Part shown: one piece after another, positions 34,721 through 43,150 of the stretch
Numbering within the stretch: position 1 is the stretch's first letter
Layout of the letters: the number at the start of each line of letters is the position of its first letter
Origin: Minisyncoccota bacterium
GTDB taxonomy: Bacteria > Patescibacteriota > Minisyncoccia > Phycocordibacterales > UBA9973
NCBI GenBank assembly: GCA_018061865.1
Contig: JAGOTH010000002.1
Span: forward strand, 1 to 58,071
DNA: 58,071 nt
Direction of reading: 5' to 3'
The notes under the pieces: generated by a model
The model's input: only the letters and a program-made list of their open reading frames with translations
What the model was told of the DNA's origin: nothing
The model's database searches: none
Made by a program: the position numbers and the translations under genes

Positions 34721-34942
34721 TTAGTTGTTTATATTTACTCCGGCACTAACACTCTCTGACAATCCCTGAACAATGTTAGCTTGTGGGTTTTTTTCCATTT
34801 TCTTAAAAGAATCAATTCTGTGTCCAACAAGCAAAACCATTATCGCCATAAGGAAGACTGCAAAAAAACTTGTGACCCCAATCAGAATGTTCTCTTTTTT
34901 CTCGGGATCATAACTTCTTAGCCTTTTTATGTGATGTTCCAT
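34721..34942 (-). CDS. small single-TM protein (73 aa)
   Basis: ATG ORF packed between neighbouring genes. Hydrophobic helix [21 protein letters not shown]. Confidence 0.45.
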   Translation of the reverse strand: MEHHIKRLRSYDPEKKENILIGVTSFFAVFLMAIMVLLVGHRIDSFKKMEKNPQANIVQGLSESVSAGVNINN

Positions 34943-34946
34943 ACTT

Positions 34947-35561
34947 TTATGATTTTATAATTATGACATCTCCATCTCTAGATTCAAGATCTTTTCTTTT
35001 TACTTGAAGCTTCTCCACTGTTTCTTTTGCGTCATCTCCGTATTCCTTCAAAAATGCAGACAGGCTTTCCTTTGTGTATTCTATCGGGATCACGATGTGT
35101 GGCTCCATCATTGTAACGAGCTTGGCCGCTTCTTTTGGAGTCGTGACATCATCTCGAAGAGAAATGATTAAAATATGTGCCCCTAAAACTAAATCTTTCG
35201 CTGAATCACTTAGATTTTTTGAAGAAAGACCGAGAACTGCAATCTTCATTTCTTCCCATTCCACCAAAAATATATTGTTTAGTTCTTTTCCTTTTTTTGT
35301 TTCAACTTCAGTTGAAACTCCTTTTATTAAAATTGAAGAAACCTCAAACTCTCCAGGGTTTTCTATAACAAATGGAATAGTTTCTCCGAAAGACATCTCC
35401 TCACCACCAGAATATTTTTCATCAAAATTTGAAGAAATAACGACATTTGCGCCGAATTTCGGTAGGTCAAGTTTCGCCTCTTTTTTGGGAGGATTTATAG
35501 CCAAAGTCGTATCTCCATGAACGACTTTCAAAAACTGCGCTCCATAATAATGAAGTATCAT
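34947..35561 (-). CDS. MBL-fold-like (UPF0173/COG2220-type) protein, His motif not evident
   Basis: 204 aa. The N-terminus MILHYYGAQFLKVVHGDTTLAINP resembles beta-lactamase-fold hydrolases. Weak call. Confidence 0.4.
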   Translation of the reverse strand: MILHYYGAQFLKVVHGDTTLAINPPKKEAKLDLPKFGANVVISSNFDEKYSGGEEMSFGETIPFVIENPGEFEVSSILIKGVSTEVETKKGKELNNIFLVEWEEMKIAVLGLSSKNLSDSAKDLVLGAHILIISLRDDVTTPKEAAKLVTMMEPHIVIPIEYTKESLSAFLKEYGDDAKETVEKLQVKRKDLESRDGDVIIIKS

Positions 35562-35599
35562 ATGGTTTATTATACCAAATTCAAGACTTTTTTCCTACC

Positions 35600-35628
35600 T
35601 TGCAAAGTGGACCAAAGTCTGGTATTCT
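35600..35628 (+). promoter_or_regulatory. sigma-70-like promoter upstream of the rpsA leader
   Basis: TTGCAA, 17 nt spacer, TATTCT. Confidence 0.5.
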
Positions 35629-35634
35629 TGGAAA

Positions 35635-35739
35635 GTTATCAGCGGATAGTTCGGATAACCTCATGAGCTCGCCTCCTTTACGAAATTAGGGCTCGGAACC
35701 CGGACTATTACATCCCGCGAAAGCGGTTTTTTATTTTAA
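35635..35739 (+). promoter_or_regulatory. structured ~105-nt leader with terminator-like hairpin immediately before rpsA
   Basis: 10-bp stem gatagttcgg/ccggactatt (35645-54/35699-708), inner stem gagctc/gggctc, and loop CCUCCUUU (35672-79). ccgc-GAAA-gcgg plus T6 (35715-32) ends 8 nt before the ATG. Confidence 0.4.
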
Positions 35740-36819
35740 ATGGAAACAGATAACAAAATCATGAAAGACTTGGTTCTCTCTCTACCAGACAGACCAAGAG
35801 AAGAAGAAATCATAGAAGGAACAGTTATTGCAATTACTCCTTCTAGAGTTTTCATTGACCTACGACCTCACGGAACTGGAGTCATCTTCGGAAAAGAATT
35901 TATAAACGCTCGAGATATTATCAAAAAGATAAATATCGGAGACACAATCAAGGCCAAGGTTGTTGAAGCTGAAAACGAGGAAGGTTATGTAGAACTTTCT
36001 CTAAAAGAAGCCAAACAAGCTCTAATGTGGAGCGAGGCTGACAGAATAATCAAGGACAAAGAACTCGTTTCTCTTCCAGTTAAGGAAGCAAACAAAGGAG
36101 GACTTATTCTTGAGTGGCAAGGAATCCAAGGATTTCTTCCAGCTTCTCAGCTTAAACCTGAGCACTACCCACGAGTAGAAGATTCTGACAAAGACAAGAT
36201 CTTGAAAGAATTGAAGAAACTTATTGGAACAAAGCTTGAAGTGATAATCATTTCAGCAAATCCAAAAGAAGGAAAACTAATCTTCTCAGAAAAAGATTCT
36301 GATCCAGATTCTAAGAAAGAGGTTCTTGAAAAATACCACCTCGGACAAGAACTTGATTGTGAAATCTCAGGACTTGTTGACTTCGGAGTATTCTTGAAAG
36401 TTGAAGACGGCCTTGAAGGACTTGTTCACATTTCAGAACTCGACTGGGGTCTAGTTGAAGATCCTCGAAGCCTATACAAAATGGGAGACAAGGTTAAAGC
36501 TAAAGTGATTGATATAAAAGACGGAAAAATCTCTCTTTCAATCAAAGCACTAAAAGAAAACCCTTGGAAAGAATTCGAAGGTAAACTTCAAAAAGGAGAT
36601 ATCGTGAAAGGTGTTGTTATAAAATACAACAAACACGGAGCTCTAGTTTCTATCAAACAAGGTGTGGCGGGACTAGTTCACAACTCACTCTTTGGTTCTG
36701 ATGACAAACTTCATCAAACTCTAGAGTTAGGAAAAACTTATCCTTTCCAAATCACTCTATTTGATCCAAAGGAACACAAAATGACTCTTACTTTCCTTAT
36801 AGACGAAACTGCAAAATAA
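35740..36819 (+). CDS. rpsA: 30S ribosomal protein S1 (four S1 domains, 359 aa)
   Basis: Repeated S1/OB motifs (GTVIAITPSRVFIDL, GFLPASQL, GLVHISEL, GLVHNSLF). Confidence 0.85.
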   Translation: METDNKIMKDLVLSLPDRPREEEIIEGTVIAITPSRVFIDLRPHGTGVIFGKEFINARDIIKKINIGDTIKAKVVEAENEEGYVELSLKEAKQALMWSEADRIIKDKELVSLPVKEANKGGLILEWQGIQGFLPASQLKPEHYPRVEDSDKDKILKELKKLIGTKLEVIIISANPKEGKLIFSEKDSDPDSKKEVLEKYHLGQELDCEISGLVDFGVFLKVEDGLEGLVHISELDWGLVEDPRSLYKMGDKVKAKVIDIKDGKISLSIKALKENPWKEFEGKLQKGDIVKGVVIKYNKHGALVSIKQGVAGLVHNSLFGSDDKLHQTLELGKTYPFQITLFDPKEHKMTLTFLIDETAK

Positions 36820-36833
36820 AGTAAGTAACTCAC

Positions 36834-36865
36834 AAAAACCACCCGAGAAGTCGGGTGGTTTTTTG
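36834..36865 (+). terminator. intrinsic terminator after rpsA
   Basis: aaaaaccacccga-gaag-tcgggtggttttt. Confidence 0.8.
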
Positions 36866-36915
36866 TTTTATTGACACAATTAATAAAAAGAGTAGAGTGA
36901 GGAAAAATTAGTTCT

Positions 36916-37360
36916 ATGCCTACTATAATTGAAAAAACAAACAAAGAAGAAGTTGACTACAACTATCCACTTCTAACAGAAGATTCCCTTGTGTCAGAAC
37001 TTTCTGAACAATTGAGGGCCTTGACTCTTAAAATGACTGCAGTAAAAGTAAGACTTGATGACAAGGTTGCCGAAATAAGGAGAAATTGCCCTCATGACAA
37101 TACAACTTCGAACTGGGAAAAAGATCCCAACTACCGTATAAGATTTGAAGGTGGATCAAGTGAATACGGCCAAAAAGCCCTTGTGTCAAAAACCTGTGAC
37201 GGCTGCGGAGAGACAATCAAAAGATCAAAAGGAAGAGAATATCAAATATGTTTTAAGTGCTGGGGGGCCAATGAAATACGTTGGAGCAAACCCAGGACAA
37301 GGATCCTGTGAAAAAATATACGAATGTGAAAATTGTGGAAGTGCAGTTTCTCACACATAA
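36916..37360 (+). pseudogene. zinc-ribbon protein gene split by a frameshift at a G6 run
   Basis: ORFs 36916..37311 and 37145..37360 overlap in different frames. Removing one G from gggggg (37262-37267) joins ...CDGCGETIKRSKGREYQICFKCWG to PMKYVGANPGQGSCEKIYECENCGSAVSHT, which adds a further Cys knuckle. Confidence 0.55.
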
Positions 37361-37455
37361 AAATATCCCCGGATAACACCGGGGTTTTTATTTTATATTT
37401 TTCTTATTATTGACAATTTGGTGATATATAGTATAGTTACAGAAAATGTACCACT

Positions 37456-37725
37456 ATGAACTACAGAATGCAGATAGCACCGAACCCAAGTATTTTATTA
37501 ATTTCAACCAATAAAAAGTTTGTTGGAGAAATAACTGAAATAACCCGAGGCAACCTTGGGACCGCCCCAAAAGGAGCGAAAGAAATTGCAGAAAAACTTC
37601 TTGAAATAGAAGAAATTTACACACTTCAGTTCGACGAAGAAGGAAGAATTGAAATCGATGCAGTAGAAGAAGTGGATTGGGACCAAATTATTCCCCAAAT
37701 AGAGAACATTCTTGATCTCTTCTAA
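37456..37725 (+). CDS. hypothetical acidic protein (89 aa)
   Basis: ATG ORF with a TTGACA/TATAGT-like promoter (37410-37437) and a terminator at 37751-37771. Confidence 0.5.
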   Translation: MNYRMQIAPNPSILLISTNKKFVGEITEITRGNLGTAPKGAKEIAEKLLEIEEIYTLQFDEEGRIEIDAVEEVDWDQIIPQIENILDLF

Positions 37726-37750
37726 AAAATTAAAATTTAGAAAGAAAAAA

Positions 37751-37771
37751 ACCCGGAATTCCGGGTTTTTT
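37751..37771 (+). terminator. intrinsic terminator
   Basis: acccggaattccgggt palindrome followed by TTTTT. Confidence 0.75.
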
Positions 37772-37776
37772 ATTTA

Positions 37777-37805
37777 CCCCCATATCAATCTGAGTGGTGT
37801 GGGGG
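37777..37805. repeat. second copy of the cccccaYatcaa...tggtgtggggg hairpin
   Basis: cccccatatcaatctgagtggtgtggggg, compared with cccccacatcaataacctttggtgtggggg at 4324-4353. Confidence 0.7.
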
Positions 37806-37818
37806 TTTGCTAAAAAAT

Positions 37819-38547
37819 CTACCTCCTAATTTCATAAAGCGTTATCGCCACAGACACAGAAGCATTCAAGGATTCAACATCCTTTTCCATTGGAATAGAA
37901 ATCAATTTATCACAAAGTTTCTTTGTTTCTTGTCTCATGCCCGCTCCTTCTCCTCCAACAACAATCGCACTTCTCTCCCCTTTCATGTCTTTTCCGTCCA
38001 GAACTTCTTTGGCTTCACCATCCAGCCCATAAACCCAAAACTTTTCTTCTTTTAGTTTTCTGATTGCTTCATTTATATTTGAAACAGAAACAATGTTAAC
38101 AAGATCAACTGTTCCAGCTGAAGTTTTGTAAACATTTCCGTCTACAGGAGCCTGACGACGATCCGCCACAATAACATCCGCACCAAAAGCTGCACAGTTT
38201 CTGATTATTGCACCGAAGTTGTGAGTATCTTGAATCTCATCAAGCAATACAACTAGAGCGTCTTCTTTTCCATCCACGAGAGTAAAGTATTCTGTAAGAC
38301 TGAGTAATTTCTTTTCTTCACAAATAGCCACAATTCCTTGGTGGTTTCCGTCTCTTATCATTCTATTGAAGAAAGAGTTGTCAGCTGTTGTAATTCTAAT
38401 TTTTGCCCGACTGGTGTCACGAAGAAAGTTTCTGTCTTCCAGAAGCTCGCTTCCGTCTTTGACAAAAAGCTTCTTTATTCGAGAAGGCTCTCTTTTAAGT
38501 AAATCCAGTACCGGATGTTTTCCAAAAATATAATTTTCTTTTTTCAT
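37819..38547 (-). CDS. rlmB: SpoU/TrmH-family RNA 2'-O-methyltransferase (RlmB-like)
   Basis: 242 aa. N-terminal SpoU substrate-binding-like region, NFGAIIRNCAAFG and VVGGEGAGMR motifs. Confidence 0.8.
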   Translation of the reverse strand: MKKENYIFGKHPVLDLLKREPSRIKKLFVKDGSELLEDRNFLRDTSRAKIRITTADNSFFNRMIRDGNHQGIVAICEEKKLLSLTEYFTLVDGKEDALVVLLDEIQDTHNFGAIIRNCAAFGADVIVADRRQAPVDGNVYKTSAGTVDLVNIVSVSNINEAIRKLKEEKFWVYGLDGEAKEVLDGKDMKGERSAIVVGGEGAGMRQETKKLCDKLISIPMEKDVESLNASVSVAITLYEIRR

Positions 38548-38554
38548 AATTTAA

Positions 38555-39148
38555 TTAATTTGTATTAGCTTTATTCATTGCAATTTCGAAACCTTTTTGG
38601 GCAAAAAGACCTATTGCTTCTTCTATTTTCTTCACTGACTTTTTGAACTCTACTGCCTCAGACATAGAAAAGTTTTTTTCAACCAAAACATCTTTCAATT
38701 TTGATCCATCCGGGCGGATTACTCCACCTTTCTTTTTTTCTTTTGAAATCCCAATTCTGATTCGTCCAAAATTCTCACTCTTTAGATTTTTAATAACTGA
38801 ATCAAGCCCATTGTGTCCACCAGAACTTCTGTTCGTAGACATCTTGATTTTCCCAATCGGAATATCTAAATCGTCATAAGCTACGAGAATTTTTTCTCGG
38901 TCTTTAGCTGTTTTGACGAAATACTTCACACTTGTTCCTGATTTATTCATGAAAGTATTTGGCAAAACAAAAGTAACTTTCTTTCCTTCTATAACGCCAG
39001 AAGAAATTGTGGCAAAAGCCTTTTTGCTCTCTTCCCACTCGCTAAACTTGTTCTTCTTAGCAATAGAGATGAGCGCCATTCTACCAGCATTGTGCTTGGT
39101 ATTTTCATATTCTTTTCCTGGATTTCCTAGTCCGAAGATATAAAACAT
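38555..39148 (-). CDS. pth: peptidyl-tRNA hydrolase
   Basis: Trimmed to MFYIFGLGNPGKEYENTKHNAG, the canonical Pth N-terminus. Confidence 0.9.
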   Translation of the reverse strand: MFYIFGLGNPGKEYENTKHNAGRMALISIAKKNKFSEWEESKKAFATISSGVIEGKKVTFVLPNTFMNKSGTSVKYFVKTAKDREKILVAYDDLDIPIGKIKMSTNRSSGGHNGLDSVIKNLKSENFGRIRIGISKEKKKGGVIRPDGSKLKDVLVEKNFSMSEAVEFKKSVKKIEEAIGLFAQKGFEIAMNKANTN

Positions 39149-39238
39149 TTTTGCATTATACATCAAATATTGATTTTTGACTAGAACACAAAATATTGTT
39201 TTGTGTCAATCCCTTTCGTGCGGTAGAATACATGAATA

Positions 39239-39838
39239 ATGAACGAAGAAATAAGAAGAGAAGAATCTTTTGTAAAAACCCAAGAAAATGAGAACAAGAA
39301 AAATTCTCTATGGGAACTAGTTAGAGTTGTTTTGCTTGCGGTGATCATTGTTTTACCTATCAGACTTTTTATTGCACAACCATTCATCGTCTCTGGAACA
39401 TCTATGGTTCCAACATTTCATGACAGTGAATATCTAATCGTTGACGAAATAAGCTACAGACTCGATGAACCAAAAAGAGGAGAAGTTATAGTTTTCAGAT
39501 TTCCCCATAATCCTTCCGTTTTCTACATAAAGAGAGTGATTGGTCTTCCGGGAGAAACTATAAATATAGAAAAAGGGGTTGTGACAATTAAAAATGAAGA
39601 AAATCCTGATGGAACAGAGCTAGAAGAACCATATGTTTCTGCGGTTGTAGATGACGGACGAGACATGAGCGTTGAATTAAAAGAGAACGAATACTTTGTA
39701 ATGGGAGACAATCGCCCTGCCAGCTCTGACTCAAGAAGCTGGGGTCCGCTTGAAGAAGATTTTATTGTCGGAAGGGCGCTAGTTAGAGTCCTACCATTCG
39801 AAGAATTTGGAATATTCCCTGGATTTTTTAGTTACTAA
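39239..39838 (+). CDS. lepB: signal peptidase I
   Basis: TM anchor, catalytic SGTSMVPT, KRVIGLPGE, GDNRPASSDSR. Confidence 0.9.
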   Translation: MNEEIRREESFVKTQENENKKNSLWELVRVVLLAVIIVLPIRLFIAQPFIVSGTSMVPTFHDSEYLIVDEISYRLDEPKRGEVIVFRFPHNPSVFYIKRVIGLPGETINIEKGVVTIKNEENPDGTELEEPYVSAVVDDGRDMSVELKENEYFVMGDNRPASSDSRSWGPLEEDFIVGRALVRVLPFEEFGIFPGFFSY

Positions 39839-39846
39839 ATAAAAAT

Positions 39847-41142
39847 ATGACACAAAAACAAACACCAAAAAAGAACAACGACTCAATCTCTGCACCAAAG
39901 GGAATGAGGGACATTCGTGACGCTGAATATTATGAATTTCAAGGATTTTTTGAAAAAGCACAAGAAGTTTCTATGTACTTTGGATTCAAACCGATTGAAA
40001 CTCCAATCCTAGAACACGAGCATACCTACACAACAACAATCGGAGAAGGAACAGATATTGTCGATAAAGAAATGTACACCCTAAAAACAAAGGGAGGTGA
40101 TCACCTTGCAATGAGACCAGAACACACAGCTGGAACCATGCGTGCTTATATAGAACAAGGAATGCAATCAGAGCCACAACCAGTTATGCTTTATCACTAC
40201 GGTCCAGTTTTCCGTCACGACAATCCTCAAAAGGGACGATACCGACAATTCTACCAATTCGATGTTGATGTTTTGGGATCTGAAAAAAGCATAAACGATG
40301 CTTTGGTTATAAAAACTCTTTACAGTATTTTTGAAGAAGCGGGAGCGGAAAACCTTGTTGTTGATATCAACTCAATCGGAGACAAAGAATCACGCCCTGC
40401 TTACATAAGAGAGTTAACAAACTACTACAAAAAGCACATTAATTCCCTGCCTCCAGTTGATCGTGAAAGATTGAAAACAAACCCGATTCGAATACTCGAC
40501 TCAAAAGACGAGAAGACAAAAGAAATAAACGAAGGCGCGCCAGACTCTATTTCATACCTTAGCCCATCTGGAAAAAGACACTTCAAAGAAGTGCTTGAAT
40601 ATCTTGAAGAATTAGGTATACCTTACCGAATAAATAAAAATCTTGTTCGAGGTCTTTCTTATTACACTCACACTGTTTTCGAAATAATGGAGGAATCAGA
40701 AGACGGTTCTTCAATGGCTCTCGCCGGAGGAGGAAGATACGACTACCTTGCAAAACAACTCGGTGGCAAAAAAGACGTTCCAGCGGTTGGAGGATCAATC
40801 GGAGTAGACAGAATAATCATGGCTCCTTGGTACAAAAAACTTGCCCCAAGAATAATGAAGAAACCAAAAATATACTTTATTCAAATCGGATCTGACGCAA
40901 AGCTAAAAAGTCTAAACATACTTGAAACTCTAAGAAAGGCACATGTTCCTGTTCTGCAATCTCTTTCAAAAGACTCTCTGTCACAACAACTAGCGATTGC
41001 TGAAAAGTTGGAAATTCCTTTTGTTATAATTTTCGGTCAAAAAGAATCAATCGAAAAATCTGTAATCGTTCGAGATATGAAAACTCGCTCTCAACAAACT
41101 GTAAAAATAGACAGACTAGCTGATTACATAAAACATTTGTAA
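39847..41142 (+). CDS. hisS: histidine--tRNA ligase
   Basis: 431 aa. GMRD, MRPEHTAGTMR, FYQFDVDVLG, GGGRYD. Confidence 0.95.
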   Translation: MTQKQTPKKNNDSISAPKGMRDIRDAEYYEFQGFFEKAQEVSMYFGFKPIETPILEHEHTYTTTIGEGTDIVDKEMYTLKTKGGDHLAMRPEHTAGTMRAYIEQGMQSEPQPVMLYHYGPVFRHDNPQKGRYRQFYQFDVDVLGSEKSINDALVIKTLYSIFEEAGAENLVVDINSIGDKESRPAYIRELTNYYKKHINSLPPVDRERLKTNPIRILDSKDEKTKEINEGAPDSISYLSPSGKRHFKEVLEYLEELGIPYRINKNLVRGLSYYTHTVFEIMEESEDGSSMALAGGGRYDYLAKQLGGKKDVPAVGGSIGVDRIIMAPWYKKLAPRIMKKPKIYFIQIGSDAKLKSLNILETLRKAHVPVLQSLSKDSLSQQLAIAEKLEIPFVIIFGQKESIEKSVIVRDMKTRSQQTVKIDRLADYIKHL

Positions 41143-41144
41143 AA

Positions 41145-41669
41145 ATGCCAACAAAAATTGTTCAAAAAGAAGATCCTGTTCTGCGGAAAAAGGCCAAGGA
41201 GGTTCCTTTGTCTGAAATAAACAGTGACAAAATAAAGAAGGTAATAAAAGACATGAAAAGCGCTCTTAAAAAAGAGGGCGACGGGGTGGCAATTGCAGCT
41301 CCTCAGATTGGAGAGTCTGTTCGAATCTTTGTTCTGTCAGATAGAATATATGGAAACTTTTTTGGAGAAACTGGTGTTGAAAAAAATGAAGGACTTGTAT
41401 ATATCAACCCAAAAATAACAAAAAAATCAAAACAAGAAAAACTAATGTTTGAGGGCTGTCTTTCTGTTCGACCGCTTTGGGGACATGTAAAAAGAGCAAC
41501 TCAAGTAACAGTAGAAGCCTATAATGAAAAGGGTGAGAAATTCACTCGGGGTGCAGGCGGAATCCTCGCTCACATCTTCCAACACGAAATAGAGCATCTT
41601 GATGGAATTCTATTTATCGACAAGTGCAAAGACACAAAAACCCTAGAAGAACACGGACTCACAGAATAA
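41145..41669 (+). CDS. def: peptide deformylase
   Basis: GVAIAAPQIG, EGCLS, QHEIEHLDG. Confidence 0.9.
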   Translation: MPTKIVQKEDPVLRKKAKEVPLSEINSDKIKKVIKDMKSALKKEGDGVAIAAPQIGESVRIFVLSDRIYGNFFGETGVEKNEGLVYINPKITKKSKQEKLMFEGCLSVRPLWGHVKRATQVTVEAYNEKGEKFTRGAGGILAHIFQHEIEHLDGILFIDKCKDTKTLEEHGLTE

Positions 41670-41670
41670 T

Positions 41671-42489
41671 ATGAAAATAGCTTTTTTTGGCTCACCTCAC
41701 TTGTGTTTATCTTTTTTGGAAAAAATGAAAGAAGAATCTTTTTGTCCTTCTTTGGTTATAACAAATCCTGATAAGCCAGTCGGACGAAAACAAACCATAA
41801 CTCCAACTCCGGTAAAAAAATGGGCAGAAGAAAATAAAATAGAAGTTCTAACTCCAGAAAAAATAACGGCTGAGTTTATTTCTGAATTTAAGGAGAAAGA
41901 TATAGATTTATCAGTTGTCATTGCTTATGGGAAAATCCTACCTGAAGAATTAATAAACGCACCTAAATATGGAACTATAAATGTTCACTTTTCACTTCTT
42001 CCTCGTCACCGAGGGGCAACACCAGTAGAAGCCACAATTCTCTCTGGCGACACTGAGACGGGAGTTGCAATCCAGCAAATGGTCTTTGAATTAGACGCGG
42101 GAGATGTTTTAAGTGAAGAAAAAATTGAAATAAAAAATGACGACACAAAAGAAAGTCTTTTTAACTCTCTATCAGAAATAGGTTCCTCTCTTTTAATTCA
42201 AACAATAAAAAATATATCTGAAGGAAAATCAGAAAAAAAGCCACAGGATAACACTCTCGCAACCTTCTCTAAAAGAATAAAGAAATCTGACGGAGAAATA
42301 ACAGACGCCGACACAGAAGAAATGATGTGGAGAAAATATCGTGCCTATACACCTTGGCCTCGAACTTTCTTTTTTAAGAATGGAAAAAGATTCGTCATAA
42401 CTGAAGCTACTTTTGAAAATTCAAAGTTTGAAATAAAGAAAGTAATTCCTGAAGGTGGAAAAGAAATCCCCTATTCAGAGAATCTCTAG
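41671..42489 (+). CDS. fmt: methionyl-tRNA formyltransferase (short, 272 aa)
   Basis: HFSLLPRHRGATPVE motif, in the def-fmt pair. Confidence 0.9.
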   Translation: MKIAFFGSPHLCLSFLEKMKEESFCPSLVITNPDKPVGRKQTITPTPVKKWAEENKIEVLTPEKITAEFISEFKEKDIDLSVVIAYGKILPEELINAPKYGTINVHFSLLPRHRGATPVEATILSGDTETGVAIQQMVFELDAGDVLSEEKIEIKNDDTKESLFNSLSEIGSSLLIQTIKNISEGKSEKKPQDNTLATFSKRIKKSDGEITDADTEEMMWRKYRAYTPWPRTFFFKNGKRFVITEATFENSKFEIKKVIPEGGKEIPYSENL

Positions 42490-42705
42490 AAGCTTGGAGG
42501 GAGAATTGTATCCATTTATTATCCGAACATTTTTTGCCTTCAAATGAGACTTTAAAATTGTAACGACTCTAGCGTTCGCTTCTCCCCTTTCGGCCTTTTC
42601 GCGAACAGAAATAATAAAATACCCCGGCTTTGTCTCTTCTAAAAAGTCTCTGCGGGCGCCCGCAGAGACTTTTGCATGAATATACTTTGGAGTCTTCTTT
42701 ACCAC
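42475..42705 (-). CDS. DUF167/YggU-like small protein
   Basis: 76 aa, GTG start. GEANARVVTILKSHL...V.IINGYNSPSKLLEI resembles the UPF0235 pattern. The 3' end overlaps fmt by 15 nt (convergent). Confidence 0.55.
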   Translation of the reverse strand: MVKKTPKYIHAKVSAGARRDFLEETKPGYFIISVREKAERGEANARVVTILKSHLKAKNVRIINGYNSPSKLLEIL

Positions 42706-42715
42706 TTCTTTTTCT

Positions 42716-43105
42716 TTAATATTTTGAAGTAAAAGGATTTCTATCTGACAATCCCTTCATCATTTTTTTGATACTTCGAGCTCCTCGACGGAACATTGTG
42801 TCGCCTTTGTCTTTTTTTGCTGTTAGTTGTCGCTCTATTTGTTCTCTTGCTTCATCAATAGACGCATATAGATCTGCTTTTTCGCAAACTGCAAAATATT
42901 TTTGGCCATGGAAATTTATATCAACTTCAGCTTTAAAAAAGTCTCCCTGTTTATGGTGCATAGTGGTCTTTGCCACTTCAACATATGCAACAGCATCATC
43001 TGCAGATTCTTGAAAATATTTTTCTAATGAAGAGACCTTCTTTTCTGCATATTCTCTAATCGCTTCTGTCAGTTCTAGATTGGTTGCTTTTATATTTATT
43101 TTCAT
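42716..43105 (-). CDS. hpf: ribosome hibernation promoting factor (short HPF/RaiA family)
   Basis: MKINIKATNLELTEAIREYAEKKVSSLEKY is the typical S30AE N-terminus. Confidence 0.85.
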   Translation of the reverse strand: MKINIKATNLELTEAIREYAEKKVSSLEKYFQESADDAVAYVEVAKTTMHHKQGDFFKAEVDINFHGQKYFAVCEKADLYASIDEAREQIERQLTAKKDKGDTMFRRGARSIKKMMKGLSDRNPFTSKY

Positions 43106-43150
43106 AATTTTAAGCCTGTTTACTTATAACTACCTGTATTTTACCACACT

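Noticed and set aside
35681-35705. AAATTAGGGCTCGGAACCCGG, resembling the T-box consensus (AAnnnGGGTGGTACCGCG)
   Set aside because: The leader is only ~105 nt, with no specifier-loop/stem I architecture. The UGGN bulge is missing, and the downstream gene is rpsA, not an aminoacyl-tRNA synthetase or amino-acid gene.
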